Positions 24,762-34,449 of a stretch of 64,000 nt of DNA are shown piece after piece. A model generated the notes under the pieces. That model made no database searches and was not told the origin of the DNA. It was given only the letters and a program-made list of their open reading frames with translations. This DNA is from Alloascoidea hylecoeti (Eukaryota). Both the position numbers and the translations under genes were made by a program. Positions within the stretch are counted from its first letter, which is position 1, and every line of letters begins with the position of its first letter. The DNA lies in contig BCKZ01000005.1 in assembly GCA_001600815.1 (NCBI GenBank), positions 257,532 through 321,531 of the forward strand, read 5' to 3'.

Positions 24762-26636
24762 CTATACGCACACTCCGAAAAACCCTTTCACTCGCCGTTT
24801 AAATCCTTCAAACTTCCTTTGTTTCTTCTCGTTGCGACTCAGACCCAGCAATTTTAACGAAATCCGCGAAGTTTGTCTCCGAATTCTTGCCAATGTTCCC
24901 TGTTTTTCTTCCCGTTTCTGCTCTGCTCCTGGCTCGGACCCCGGCTCCTCCCCTTGTTCCGCTTTTTCTTCTTCTTTCTCCCTCAGGTAATTACCATACT
25001 CATAGCTAAAATCTCGATTGGCCCCTAAAAATCGTGATGTTAACGTAGCTTTGGATGAAATACTTGTCCTTGTACTATTCTTATTTGTACTGCCATTTCC
25101 ATGCTTACAATAATAATCATAATCCGTATAATTACAGTCATATCCGTCATCAAAGTCATATGTTGTATCATTCCCTATATCCTTTTCATTTTCCTTCGAT
25201 TTCAATCTATCTTCTTCTTCATCACTTACGCAAGTTGAACCTGATGACATTTCTTGATCATTATCATTATCTTGGAATAAATCATCAATTGTTTTCATCG
25301 ATACTATCCTAGATAATACGTTACCTTTATCTTCATTTGGTAACTTCTTATCAGACCTTACTATAACGGACCCCATCACTGTATCATAGATACTATCATC
25401 AATTGAAATGTTATCATCAGTAGGTGTACGATCGTCAATAGCAGATGATCTGGAAAAAGTGACAAGATTCCAAAGTGATTCTCCAAATGATTTCTTTTTT
25501 TTGGCAACTTTTTTAAAAGTTAAATGATCATCTGTATCTTTACTTTTATACTTTTCATTACCATTATTATTACTAAATAACGATTTATGATCAATTTTTA
25601 GATCATATTCTAACTGTGATTTTGATTTTTTTGGATGTAATGGTGATGTAATATCACTACTACCTAATGGGGTTCTATCATCTTTTATCATTTGTGTTTC
25701 TAACATCTTTTTTCTTAATTTTTCTTTTAATTTTTCATCTTTATTACAATTATTGATAATGCTGGTTGAATTAATAGGTGCTGAATTTGTATCTGTTTCT
25801 TGTTTATTATCATCACTAACATTAACTTCATTGATAATATTTAAAGTTCCATAGAATAAATCATCAAATGATTTATCAATAATACCAGATCTGTAATTTA
25901 AGTAACAATTGCTTTTATTATTTTCGGTAGTTTCTTTAAAAGAATTGAAATTATCAATTGAATTAGAAAATGAATATGAACTAGATGCATATGTTGAACA
26001 GGCATATGAAGGATTTCTTTTATCTTTTCTTTTCAGGTTTATGATATCATTATTATTGATATAATTATGTTTATTTAAGAAACTGGTATCTAAACTGGTA
26101 TAAGAGCAAGAACGGGAAGAAGAAGGAATGGATTTGAGATCAGATATATATCCTCTTTGGAATAATTGTTGATTTGTTATATCAGTAATAGGTATTGATG
26201 TTTGCAACTGATATTCGTTTTGGCTTGGAGTTTCATATTTAGGATCATAATAAATAGGAGTGGTATTAACATTACTTGATAATAACAATGAATTTTTGCT
26301 TGTATTTGTATTTGTGATTTTTGATGGATCATGATAATAGAGTTCTTCTAAGATATCATAGTCTTCTTCACTGGTTTGATCATCATTATCGATATCTTTA
26401 AAATTACTTAAATTCGAAGATGAATTTAATTGTTTATCCAAATAATTATTATCATTGTTTTGTTTGTTTTTGTTTTCGTGTTTATATTTTTGTTTCTGTT
26501 TGTGTTTATTAAAATTGATATCATCAGTTACACCACCATAATGATTACTTGATAACGGCAAATGATTTAAGGGTTGATCATTGATGGGATGTGCCGGTAA
26601 TAAACGGATGGTATCGTTATAGTTCGTACGTTTCAT
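24762..26636 (-). CDS. Hypothetical low-complexity protein, 624 aa
   Basis: 1875-bp ATG-initiated ORF in AT-rich DNA, with N/S/D/K composition like neighbouring genes; no domain recognised. Confidence 0.7.
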   Translation of the reverse strand: MKRTNYNDTIRLLPAHPINDQPLNHLPLSSNHYGGVTDDINFNKHKQKQKYKHENKNKQNNDNNYLDKQLNSSSNLSNFKDIDNDDQTSEEDYDILEELYYHDPSKITNTNTSKNSLLLSSNVNTTPIYYDPKYETPSQNEYQLQTSIPITDITNQQLFQRGYISDLKSIPSSSRSCSYTSLDTSFLNKHNYINNNDIINLKRKDKRNPSYACSTYASSSYSFSNSIDNFNSFKETTENNKSNCYLNYRSGIIDKSFDDLFYGTLNIINEVNVSDDNKQETDTNSAPINSTSIINNCNKDEKLKEKLRKKMLETQMIKDDRTPLGSSDITSPLHPKKSKSQLEYDLKIDHKSLFSNNNGNEKYKSKDTDDHLTFKKVAKKKKSFGESLWNLVTFSRSSAIDDRTPTDDNISIDDSIYDTVMGSVIVRSDKKLPNEDKGNVLSRIVSMKTIDDLFQDNDNDQEMSSGSTCVSDEEEDRLKSKENEKDIGNDTTYDFDDGYDCNYTDYDYYCKHGNGSTNKNSTRTSISSKATLTSRFLGANRDFSYEYGNYLREKEEEKAEQGEEPGSEPGAEQKREEKQGTLARIRRQTSRISLKLLGLSRNEKKQRKFEGFKRRVKGFFGVCV

Positions 26637-27198
26637 AGTATGGGGATTTTTTGGGTTATAAAAAAAAGCGAAGTTAAGGATAGTTGAGAAGGAGTAATTA
26701 TGAAACTAGCTAATAATAATATTATTGCTGCACATTGAACAGTGCAATACAATTTAATTCGCTTTAAAATTTTAATTTCAAAATGACATATTGAATAGGA
26801 ATAATTCGTTTATTAATTCGTAAAATATCTACAAATATCCCATAATATGGGAATTAACAGTTATAATTTAAGGCGGGACTGTGTAGATTGGAACCTCCGT
26901 TAACTTCTTTGAACCTATCACCCTTGGTAAACTGCTATATTTTATATCTCCAACATTTCAAAGCATTTGAGCATATAATGGTGAGTGATACTCTAGAATT
27001 GGCGAATTAATATCTTTCGAAATAGCTAAATAATATTCACCCACATGACGAACTATATTTAAAAGCTACGTGACGGAATGATTGATAGATAAATGACGTA
27101 AATCATCAGTCTATATATATGCTTCAAGTTCTACATACTTTTTTATTTATTTTTGGGCTACAACTTGACGTTATGCAATTTAATTTTCCCTCTAAACT

Positions 27199-27487
27199 TT
27201 AGATCACAAATATATAAATTCATAAATACATGATTGTGAATACTAAAAAGCGCCAATATTGTTTTATTAAATAATTAAATAAACATTATAAGAAACAAAA
27301 TGTAATCAATTATGATCAACATTAGGAAAATACAAAATATACCATATATTCGTTTATGATGAAAATTCATCATACTTTTCCTAAAAACTTTATACATTTC
27401 AATTAATTCCAATTCTTAAATTCATTACCTTCATTAGTTAAAATTGAAAATGAAGATGATAACAAATTAGAATCAGTCATTATTTTA
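27199..27487 (-). pseudogene. Inverted, internally deleted remnant of the RGT1 3' coding region and 3' flank
   Basis: Reverse complement aligns by eye to ~19022-19097 and ~20117-20395, e.g. GGAATTAATTGAAATGTATAAAGTTTTTAGGAAAAGTATGATGAATTTTCATCATA and ATATTGGCGCTTTTTAGTA are shared. Confidence 0.88.
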
Positions 27488-27537
27488 CTCCACATTCATA
27501 TATATATATATTATATATATATGAGCGGAATGTGGAG
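27488..27537. repeat. ~50-bp near-palindrome with (AT)n core
   Basis: CTCCACATTC (27488-27497) pairs with GAATGTGGAG (27528-27537) around a self-complementary (AT)n tract. Confidence 0.85.
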
Positions 27538-27951
27538 ACGAATGTTTTTTTTAATTTTATGACCAATATTCTAAATCCAAGTAACTAAATACAGGTTACC
27601 CGGGATACCAACTCTCGAAAACCATGCTGCCGAAAATATGCCTAACATTATGGCGAAATAATCTCCTAATATCGCGAACTACGAATGGAAAAACTGTATC
27701 TGGTAATTGACAGTAAATTTTAATCACACAAAAATTGAAGAGACAAATTAATCTTATCACAAGCAGTTATTGAGTGATAACTAAGCGGCGAATTATATAT
27801 TTGTGGAAGACGATTTAATTGTGTTCTTCTGCACCCTGCTTTGTAACAGCTAATCAGCTAATCATAACACGTTCGTTCCTTATATTATTTCATCGTAATT
27901 TGAAAAAATCTCGAACTATACAACCATATAATATATAAATATTAATGCTTA

Positions 27952-29214
27952 ATGCCACTTAATATCCCTTCAAATAGTATAACCATTCTTTCATCACTAA
28001 AATTAAATCAATTGAAAACGTTATGTTTACATTGTGGTTTACCAACATCAGGAATTAAAAAAATCCTTTTAAATAATATTATTCAAGAAATTCATTACAC
28101 AAACTTTTTCTTTTCCAAATTAAAATTAAAACCAAAAAAATCACCATCAATTACAAGTTCAACAAATAATTATAATGTAATATCAATTGATATGGGTATA
28201 AGAAACCTAGCATTATGCCAAACACAAGTTTCTTGGTCCTCTTCTTTAAATTTCAATTCAAATTCCAAAACAAACAATTTGCCACCTATAAAACCTATAA
28301 AGCCTATAATAACAAAATGGTTTAAATTAGATATTTCAAAACAATTATTATCAACGCCATCTTTAACCTCAATAAATCAAGATTCTCTTAGAAATTTATC
28401 ATTGTTGTCATACAATATAATAAATCAAATATGTTTTACCAATAATAACTCCATTCCGAATTTTATTATTTTTGAACGACAACGTTTTAGATCTGGTGGT
28501 GGTATGAATGTTCAAGAATGGACTATTCTTGTTAATACTTTTGCAGCAATGTTAAGAGCTGTTTTAACTACCCTAGAACAAGACACAAAGTCCAAGAAGA
28601 ATACTATAATACCACGGGTATTTGAAGTGAATCCCAAGAGAATGACTGGATATTGGTTGTCATCTTTAGATCTTAATGAACAAATGCAAATTACAAATAA
28701 AAATACAGATAAAAAAACAGATAAAGAAACAAAAAAGCAAAGAAAACCAAGTACAACAAATTCAAAAAGATTGAAAATTGATATAGTTAATAAATGGTGT
28801 TCAAAAGCTATACAACAACAAAATAAATCATCAAGTGCTTTCAAATTCCATGATGATTTATTATTAAATGATATAAAATTTAAAACTAATAAAAATGGAG
28901 ATGAAAAAATTACTTCAAATTTCCTTTATAAATTACTTCCTGTCCCCGAGACATCATCATGGTTTCCAATTGGATCCGAATCATCAAGTATTATATATGA
29001 CAAAGAAACAAATGATGATATTAACGATAAAACTCTGGAAGCTCCTAAAAAAAGTGATGATTTAGCAGATTCTTTATTACAAAATTTAGCATGGATCCAA
29101 TGGATCCAAAATAGAAGAACGATAGCACAATTAGTAATGGAAAATGATATAAATAAAGAACATTTAGAATTGCTAATGTTAAGAATGGAAAATAATTTAA
29201 AAAGTTTGATATAG
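27952..29214 (+). CDS. CCE1: Mitochondrial cruciform-cutting endonuclease (Cce1/Ydc2 Holliday-junction resolvase)
   Basis: SAP-like LKLNQLKTLCLHCGLPTSGIK; catalytic motifs SIDMGIRNLA, FERQRFRSGGG, KSDDLADSLL. Confidence 0.93.
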   Translation: MPLNIPSNSITILSSLKLNQLKTLCLHCGLPTSGIKKILLNNIIQEIHYTNFFFSKLKLKPKKSPSITSSTNNYNVISIDMGIRNLALCQTQVSWSSSLNFNSNSKTNNLPPIKPIKPIITKWFKLDISKQLLSTPSLTSINQDSLRNLSLLSYNIINQICFTNNNSIPNFIIFERQRFRSGGGMNVQEWTILVNTFAAMLRAVLTTLEQDTKSKKNTIIPRVFEVNPKRMTGYWLSSLDLNEQMQITNKNTDKKTDKETKKQRKPSTTNSKRLKIDIVNKWCSKAIQQQNKSSSAFKFHDDLLLNDIKFKTNKNGDEKITSNFLYKLLPVPETSSWFPIGSESSSIIYDKETNDDINDKTLEAPKKSDDLADSLLQNLAWIQWIQNRRTIAQLVMENDINKEHLELLMLRMENNLKSLI

Positions 29215-29292
29215 GCTAAATATTCATCATTGTATAAATAGGCAAATTATGGAAATCCACAGATCCCATTTCAGATATCCGTTCAATGAAGT

Positions 29293-29321
29293 TTACCCGG
29301 CTTATCACCAGATCCGGGTAA
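29293..29321. promoter_or_regulatory. Pair of inverted Reb1-type sites upstream of ARC19
   Basis: TTACCCGG at 29293-29300 and CCGGGTAA at 29314-29321, 65-95 bp upstream of the ATG. Confidence 0.7.
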
Positions 29322-29385
29322 ATATAGACTCAAAAACCACCACACATCAAACGTATTCAAGAACTGACACTTCAGCATTCACAAG

Positions 29386-30273
29386 ATGGTACGTTTCGGC
29401 GATTGTATATTTTATTCAAAATATTTGAATATGACTTGGAAGCTTCGGGCTAACTGATATAAATGATAATTGGTGTTGTTGGCTTATTTGGTGGATTGGG
29501 ATAGAGGGTGGCATTATTGATATAGAAGCCAAAAATTCAAAGCAATTTAAAGCATATTATAGATAGAGATATGATAATCTTAATTGATGGGAAACTTCAA
29601 GCTCTTTTCAATTAAATTGTTCTGTTTGATAGTTTGAAAACGACCCCTTTATCCCGAATCTCAACTTTAAGTACAACACCAAATACACGTTTTTAAAAAT
29701 ATAGTCACAATCTTTAAAGCCTTACCTAACAGCTGTCCGCAGCTCGTTGACTGCTGCTGTCACATTGGAGGATTTTGCCTCTCAAACTGTCGAAAGACAT
29801 AATAGGCCTGAAATTGAGGCAAGGTATGTAACTAAATGGTGAACCTTAACTATTATTAATGGCATTAACATACAATATATATCAGAAAATCACCGGAGGT
29901 TTTATTGAACCCCATGAAGATTTCAAGGAATGAGAATGAACAAGTTTTAATTGAACCAAGTATTAATTCCATTCGAATTAGTATCAAGATCAAACAAGCT
30001 GATGAAATTGAACAAATTTTAGTTCATAAATTTACTCGTTTTTTAACAGCAAGAGCAGAGAATTTCTTCATTTTAAGAAGAAAGCCAATCCCCGGTTATG
30101 ATATTTCATTTTTAATTACAAACTTACATACTCAACAAATGTTAAAACATAAATTGGTTGATTTTATTATTGAATTTATGGAAGAAGTTGATAAGGAAAT
30201 CTCTGAAATGAAGTTGTTTTTGAATGCAAGGGCAAGATTTGTTGCTGAAGAATATTTAAAACCTTTTGACTAA
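29386..30273 (+). CDS. ARC19: Arp2/3 complex subunit ARPC4; exons 29386-29388 (ATG only), 29705-29823, 29886-30273
   Basis: [19 protein letters not shown]...[26 protein letters not shown]...[19 protein letters not shown]...[13 protein letters not shown]. Donors GTACGT and GTATGT. Confidence 0.95.
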
Positions 30274-30443
30274 ATAGAAATGGAATAGAAATGTTCAATT
30301 TATTCATTAATTCATTTATTCATATAATAATTGATATTTAAGATGTGAAATAAAAAACACCCGTGCACCTGTAATTGCTGATTTTTTAAAATTATTTCTT
30401 TTGACCTCCTCACGATTTCCATTTTATATCGTTTTATGGAAAG

Positions 30444-33170
30444 ATGTCGACATTTGGGGCCTCTCCCCCTTGGGGCTATCCCGACTCTCAACTGAATGTG
30501 CAATCCCCTGAAAGTGTCAATAATACTGGTGTTCCTCAGAACCAACCTCAAAACCAGCAATCCCAGCGAGGATATCCTGTTTGGGTCCCTAATTACCCTA
30601 TTGCTCCTAAAACATCTTGGAATACCCCTCCCCCATATCCTTCAACTTCTTCAACTAATATTCCAACATCAATACCAACTAATATCAATCCTAACATCAA
30701 CACTAACAATAAAAGAAAAACCAAATTTCGACCTTGTGACTCTTGTAGGAAAAGAAAAACGAAATGTGTATTGCTACCCGGTCATTCATCCTGTGTTCAA
30801 TGTGAATTGAAAAATATTGATTGTACTTTTATCGAAACTGCCGTCAAGAAAAAAGATGCTGAAAGTTATAAAAGACAAAAATTATCCCATGATTCGGGAG
30901 ATAACAACAACGATGGAAATGATAATGATAATACTAATGATAATGATAATGAACATCCAATAAGAGACGTCGAACCAATCTATGATTATGCAACAATGAG
31001 AGGTCATTCAATGTTAAAGAAAACATTAGGTTTACAATGTCCAAGATCGTCTTTTTTTATTGGAGCTTCATCTGTTTTAGATTCTAGATTATTGGATTCT
31101 ATTCCAATGGATAAAATGGATCAAACCCAATTAAGTTCAAATACATTATTAAGAAAAGTTGGTCCAAATGTTTTATTTACTTTACGTGATGATTATAGTG
31201 ATAATATGTATTCAAAATATATCGCTGAAATTGATGAAGTTGAAAGATTAGTTTCTCCAAATGGTGCTACTTTAATTGACTTATATTTCAGAATCGTTCA
31301 TCCAAATTTCCCCCTTTTACATAAAAAAGTATTTATGGAAAAATATAATCGAACACATCGAGAATTTTCTGCTCCTTTATTGGCTTCTGTTTATTCTTTG
31401 GCAATTCAATGGTGGGATTATGAACCTTCTTTAGCTTTAACTACAAAACCAAGTATTGATAAATTAAATGAAATTGCAACAAGAACTTTTTCTCAACTTA
31501 TTGAAAGACCAAAATTATCAACCGTTCAAGCTGGATTATTATTATTACAGTGTAGACCTGATCATGCAAGAAATTGGGTTTTTTGTTCACAAGTGGTTGC
31601 AATTGCAGAAGAATTAGGATTAGAAATTGATTGTCAACATTGGAAATTACCCAAATGGGAGAAGAATTTAAGAAGAAAATTAGCTTGGGCTGTTTTGGTA
31701 CAAGATAAATGGCTTTCATTAGTTGAATCTCGGCCTTCTCATATTAATGAACAAAAAGATTGGATGGTTCGAAAAATAACAAGAGAAGATTTTAATGAAA
31801 AAGGAGATAATGTTATAAATAATAACACATCAAACAATTCAACCAACAATAATAATTTAAATGGTGCTGGTGGTGGAGCTTTAGGTTTAAGAGAAGGATC
31901 ATCTGATGTAGAAAATGGGAAGTTATTATTTATGGAAATGATATCGTTAAGTATGATTTTATCTGATATATTAGATACTTTTTTCACCTTAAAAGCAACA
32001 AGCGAGAATATGCCATTAACTAAAGTTCTTGAACTTGCAAAACCACTACAATTAAAACTAAGAAATTGGTTTCATAATTTACCTGATGTTTTACGAATGA
32101 ATAATACAAAACCAAGATCTTTATGTTCAAATGGTTATTTACATTTAGCTTATTATGCTGCTGAAATTACATTACATCGAAAAATTATAACAAGTATTTC
32201 AAAAGATGTTCCAAGAGAATTGGTTGATGTTTGTCGATCTGCTGCAAATACAAGATTGTTGGCAGCTATTGATTTTGTTAGGGAATTAAAACCTGAACAT
32301 GTACAATCATTTTGGCATTCATCTGCAACTTCAAATTTTACCTTAATTGGAACTTTCGCTACTATATTATATGTTACAAGTAATTCAGATGATGAAAGAA
32401 ATTATTATAAAGATCATATTTATAATTATAGATGGTTGTTAAGAGTTTCATCAAAAGGATTTGAACAAGTTGCGAGAGGTTTAGAAAAATTGGATATGAT
32501 TTTATTTAAAATTCCCGGATTATTAAATATCCCATCATCAACTTCAAATTCACTTCGGAATAATACTAGTAATAGTAATACTCACAATAACAACAATAAC
32601 AACAATAACAGCAATAACAACAACAATAATAATAACAACAACAACAATAATAATAATAATAATATTAATATTAATAATGATAACGATACAATCCATGAAG
32701 CAATTAATGAAAACACAAATGATAATGAAGGTAACTCTCGACCTTCAAACAATGCAGATGAAAATATAGATCCAGATATTAACCTTTTCAAACAAACAGG
32801 GTTATCAAAAATAGTATCTCATGATTCTAACTCGACACATAATCCAAATATAAGTATCAACAATTCTCCAGCAACTCATGGTATTAGTACACCAAATTCA
32901 ATTATATCACAACAACAGCAACAACATATGCAGCATCTGAACCAACAGCAACAAAATCCTCAAATGTCTAATAGTGTCACAATTGTTCCAACATCCTCGG
33001 CTGGATTATACATGAATTCCCCACACAATTTATCACCAATGCCCAATATGTCCAATGTTCTTAGTTTACCTACTTCACCAATGGGTGATCTAGATCAACA
33101 ACAATCGTCTGCTGCCCATACACCTTCTAACACTCAACAATCTCAAACAAACAATGAACAGCATAAATGA
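30444..33170 (+). CDS. DAL81: Zn(II)2Cys6 nitrogen-pathway co-activator Dal81/TamA
   Basis: RPCDSCRKRKTKC...CVQC...C; GHSMLKKTLGLQ; LIDLYFRIVHPNFPLLHKKVF; RPKLSTVQAGLLLLQ; SNGYLHLAYYAAEITLHR; LKPEHVQSFW. Confidence 0.92.
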   Translation: MSTFGASPPWGYPDSQLNVQSPESVNNTGVPQNQPQNQQSQRGYPVWVPNYPIAPKTSWNTPPPYPSTSSTNIPTSIPTNINPNINTNNKRKTKFRPCDSCRKRKTKCVLLPGHSSCVQCELKNIDCTFIETAVKKKDAESYKRQKLSHDSGDNNNDGNDNDNTNDNDNEHPIRDVEPIYDYATMRGHSMLKKTLGLQCPRSSFFIGASSVLDSRLLDSIPMDKMDQTQLSSNTLLRKVGPNVLFTLRDDYSDNMYSKYIAEIDEVERLVSPNGATLIDLYFRIVHPNFPLLHKKVFMEKYNRTHREFSAPLLASVYSLAIQWWDYEPSLALTTKPSIDKLNEIATRTFSQLIERPKLSTVQAGLLLLQCRPDHARNWVFCSQVVAIAEELGLEIDCQHWKLPKWEKNLRRKLAWAVLVQDKWLSLVESRPSHINEQKDWMVRKITREDFNEKGDNVINNNTSNNSTNNNNLNGAGGGALGLREGSSDVENGKLLFMEMISLSMILSDILDTFFTLKATSENMPLTKVLELAKPLQLKLRNWFHNLPDVLRMNNTKPRSLCSNGYLHLAYYAAEITLHRKIITSISKDVPRELVDVCRSAANTRLLAAIDFVRELKPEHVQSFWHSSATSNFTLIGTFATILYVTSNSDDERNYYKDHIYNYRWLLRVSSKGFEQVARGLEKLDMILFKIPGLLNIPSSTSNSLRNNTSNSNTHNNNNNNNNSNNNNNNNNNNNNNNNNNININNDNDTIHEAINENTNDNEGNSRPSNNADENIDPDINLFKQTGLSKIVSHDSNSTHNPNISINNSPATHGISTPNSIISQQQQQHMQHLNQQQQNPQMSNSVTIVPTSSAGLYMNSPHNLSPMPNMSNVLSLPTSPMGDLDQQQSSAAHTPSNTQQSQTNNEQHK

Positions 33171-34044
33171 TACTATGTTATGAATTTAAAAGAGATAAAA
33201 TAATGAAAATTCATATGTATAAAGTTTAAATTGAGATGAGTGTTTTCTTTTTATTATGTTATAAATTACATTGCTATTATTATTGATTACAAATCACCAA
33301 TTTCAATTTTATTTTCAACTGAAACTGGAACTAAAAAATGAAATGAGACTTTTAAATTTAGTTTATGGGGGTGTCTTTTATTCTTTTTTTCGACTTTTTG
33401 TATCCTTCAAAGACCATGGAGGTTAAGCTATGATATATAGTGTGTTTAATAATTATTATAAATTAGTTTTACAGGTTTCCTGATTTGAATCAACCTTAAT
33501 GTTGTGATACACCTCAAGCTCTTATTATTGGTCAACCTTACAAGAATACTTTCTCTTTACAGTAGTGGACCTAGTACACGGTGGTCCTACAACACGGTCG
33601 TATAGTTCACGTACAGTGACTGTGTGGCCGAAATTAAGTGGATTGACTGTATAGCCATTAGCTATAGGCAATTTGCGAAGACCGTAAAACGAATGTCGTG
33701 CAGCTTAATAAAATACGGAATGATGTCTAGCATAGGGTGTCGAAACACACAATAATAAATAACTAACTTAACCAAAAATGAGGAACTCTCCCGAATATCT
33801 ACTATTGCTACTTTTCTTTGTTCTTCTCTGCAATGTTAATTTGTTTTAAAATTAAAGATTTTACCTGTATAGCCCAAAAACTTGATTTACTGAATATTCA
33901 AAAGGTACACTGCACTCTCTCGATCAAACTACAGGTTTTCATTCTACACATTCCGGAAGTTTTGGATGCTTAAAACCGGGTTTGAGTTTCCCATAACCTT
34001 CGAATTCAATTTATACCATTCAGCTTCATCATTTTCCAAAACTG

Positions 34045-34449
34045 ATGGCGATAACGGTTGAGTTTTTTGGTCCAGCAAAAGACATCACGAAACGTTCAAT
34101 TTTAGAAATCAGATATGATGATTTAATATCGTTCATAGAAACAAATGAAGAGTCTCAACTAACCCCAGAATCCCAAAAACCGATAAAATTCAGGCTATCA
34201 ACTATATTAAATTATATTGAAACGATTGAAAATATAAAAGGTATAGCTTTCTTCGTTACTAAAAGTTGTGGAATAGCGCTTAATTGTGAATATTTACATG
34301 CTGAGAATTTAGAATCAATTGATAAGGATTTCAAAGTTGATAATGATAATAGTAAATTCAATTATGGTATAATTGATAAGGTTTTTGAAAATGCTTTGAT
34401 AAATGATGGTGATGAGATTTCTATTATTCCTCCGGTTTCTAGCGGATGA
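34045..34449 (+). CDS. Molybdopterin synthase sulfur-carrier small subunit (MOCS2A/CnxG, MoaD/ThiS fold)
   Basis: VEFFGPAKD N-terminus, IALNCEY, and C-terminal INDGDEISIIPPVSSG typical of fungal CnxG. Confidence 0.85.
   Translation: MAITVEFFGPAKDITKRSILEIRYDDLISFIETNEESQLTPESQKPIKFRLSTILNYIETIENIKGIAFFVTKSCGIALNCEYLHAENLESIDKDFKVDNDNSKFNYGIIDKVFENALINDGDEISIIPPVSSG

Noticed and set aside
23393..24990. Antisense ORFs over CAB3 and the orphan (193, 135 and 150 aa); likewise 15156-15629, 19415-19732, 28512-28844, 32582-32791
   Set aside because: Shadow ORFs opposite well-supported genes, with no independent motifs.
27488..29214. Functional link between the palindrome and neighbouring cruciform-cutting CCE1
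   Set aside because: Cce1/Ydc2 acts in mitochondria; adjacency is most likely coincidence.
34438..34449. MOCS2A ending SSG rather than GG as a sign of inactivation
   Set aside because: PPVSSG is the usual ending of ascomycete CnxG proteins, and the terminal Gly is retained.
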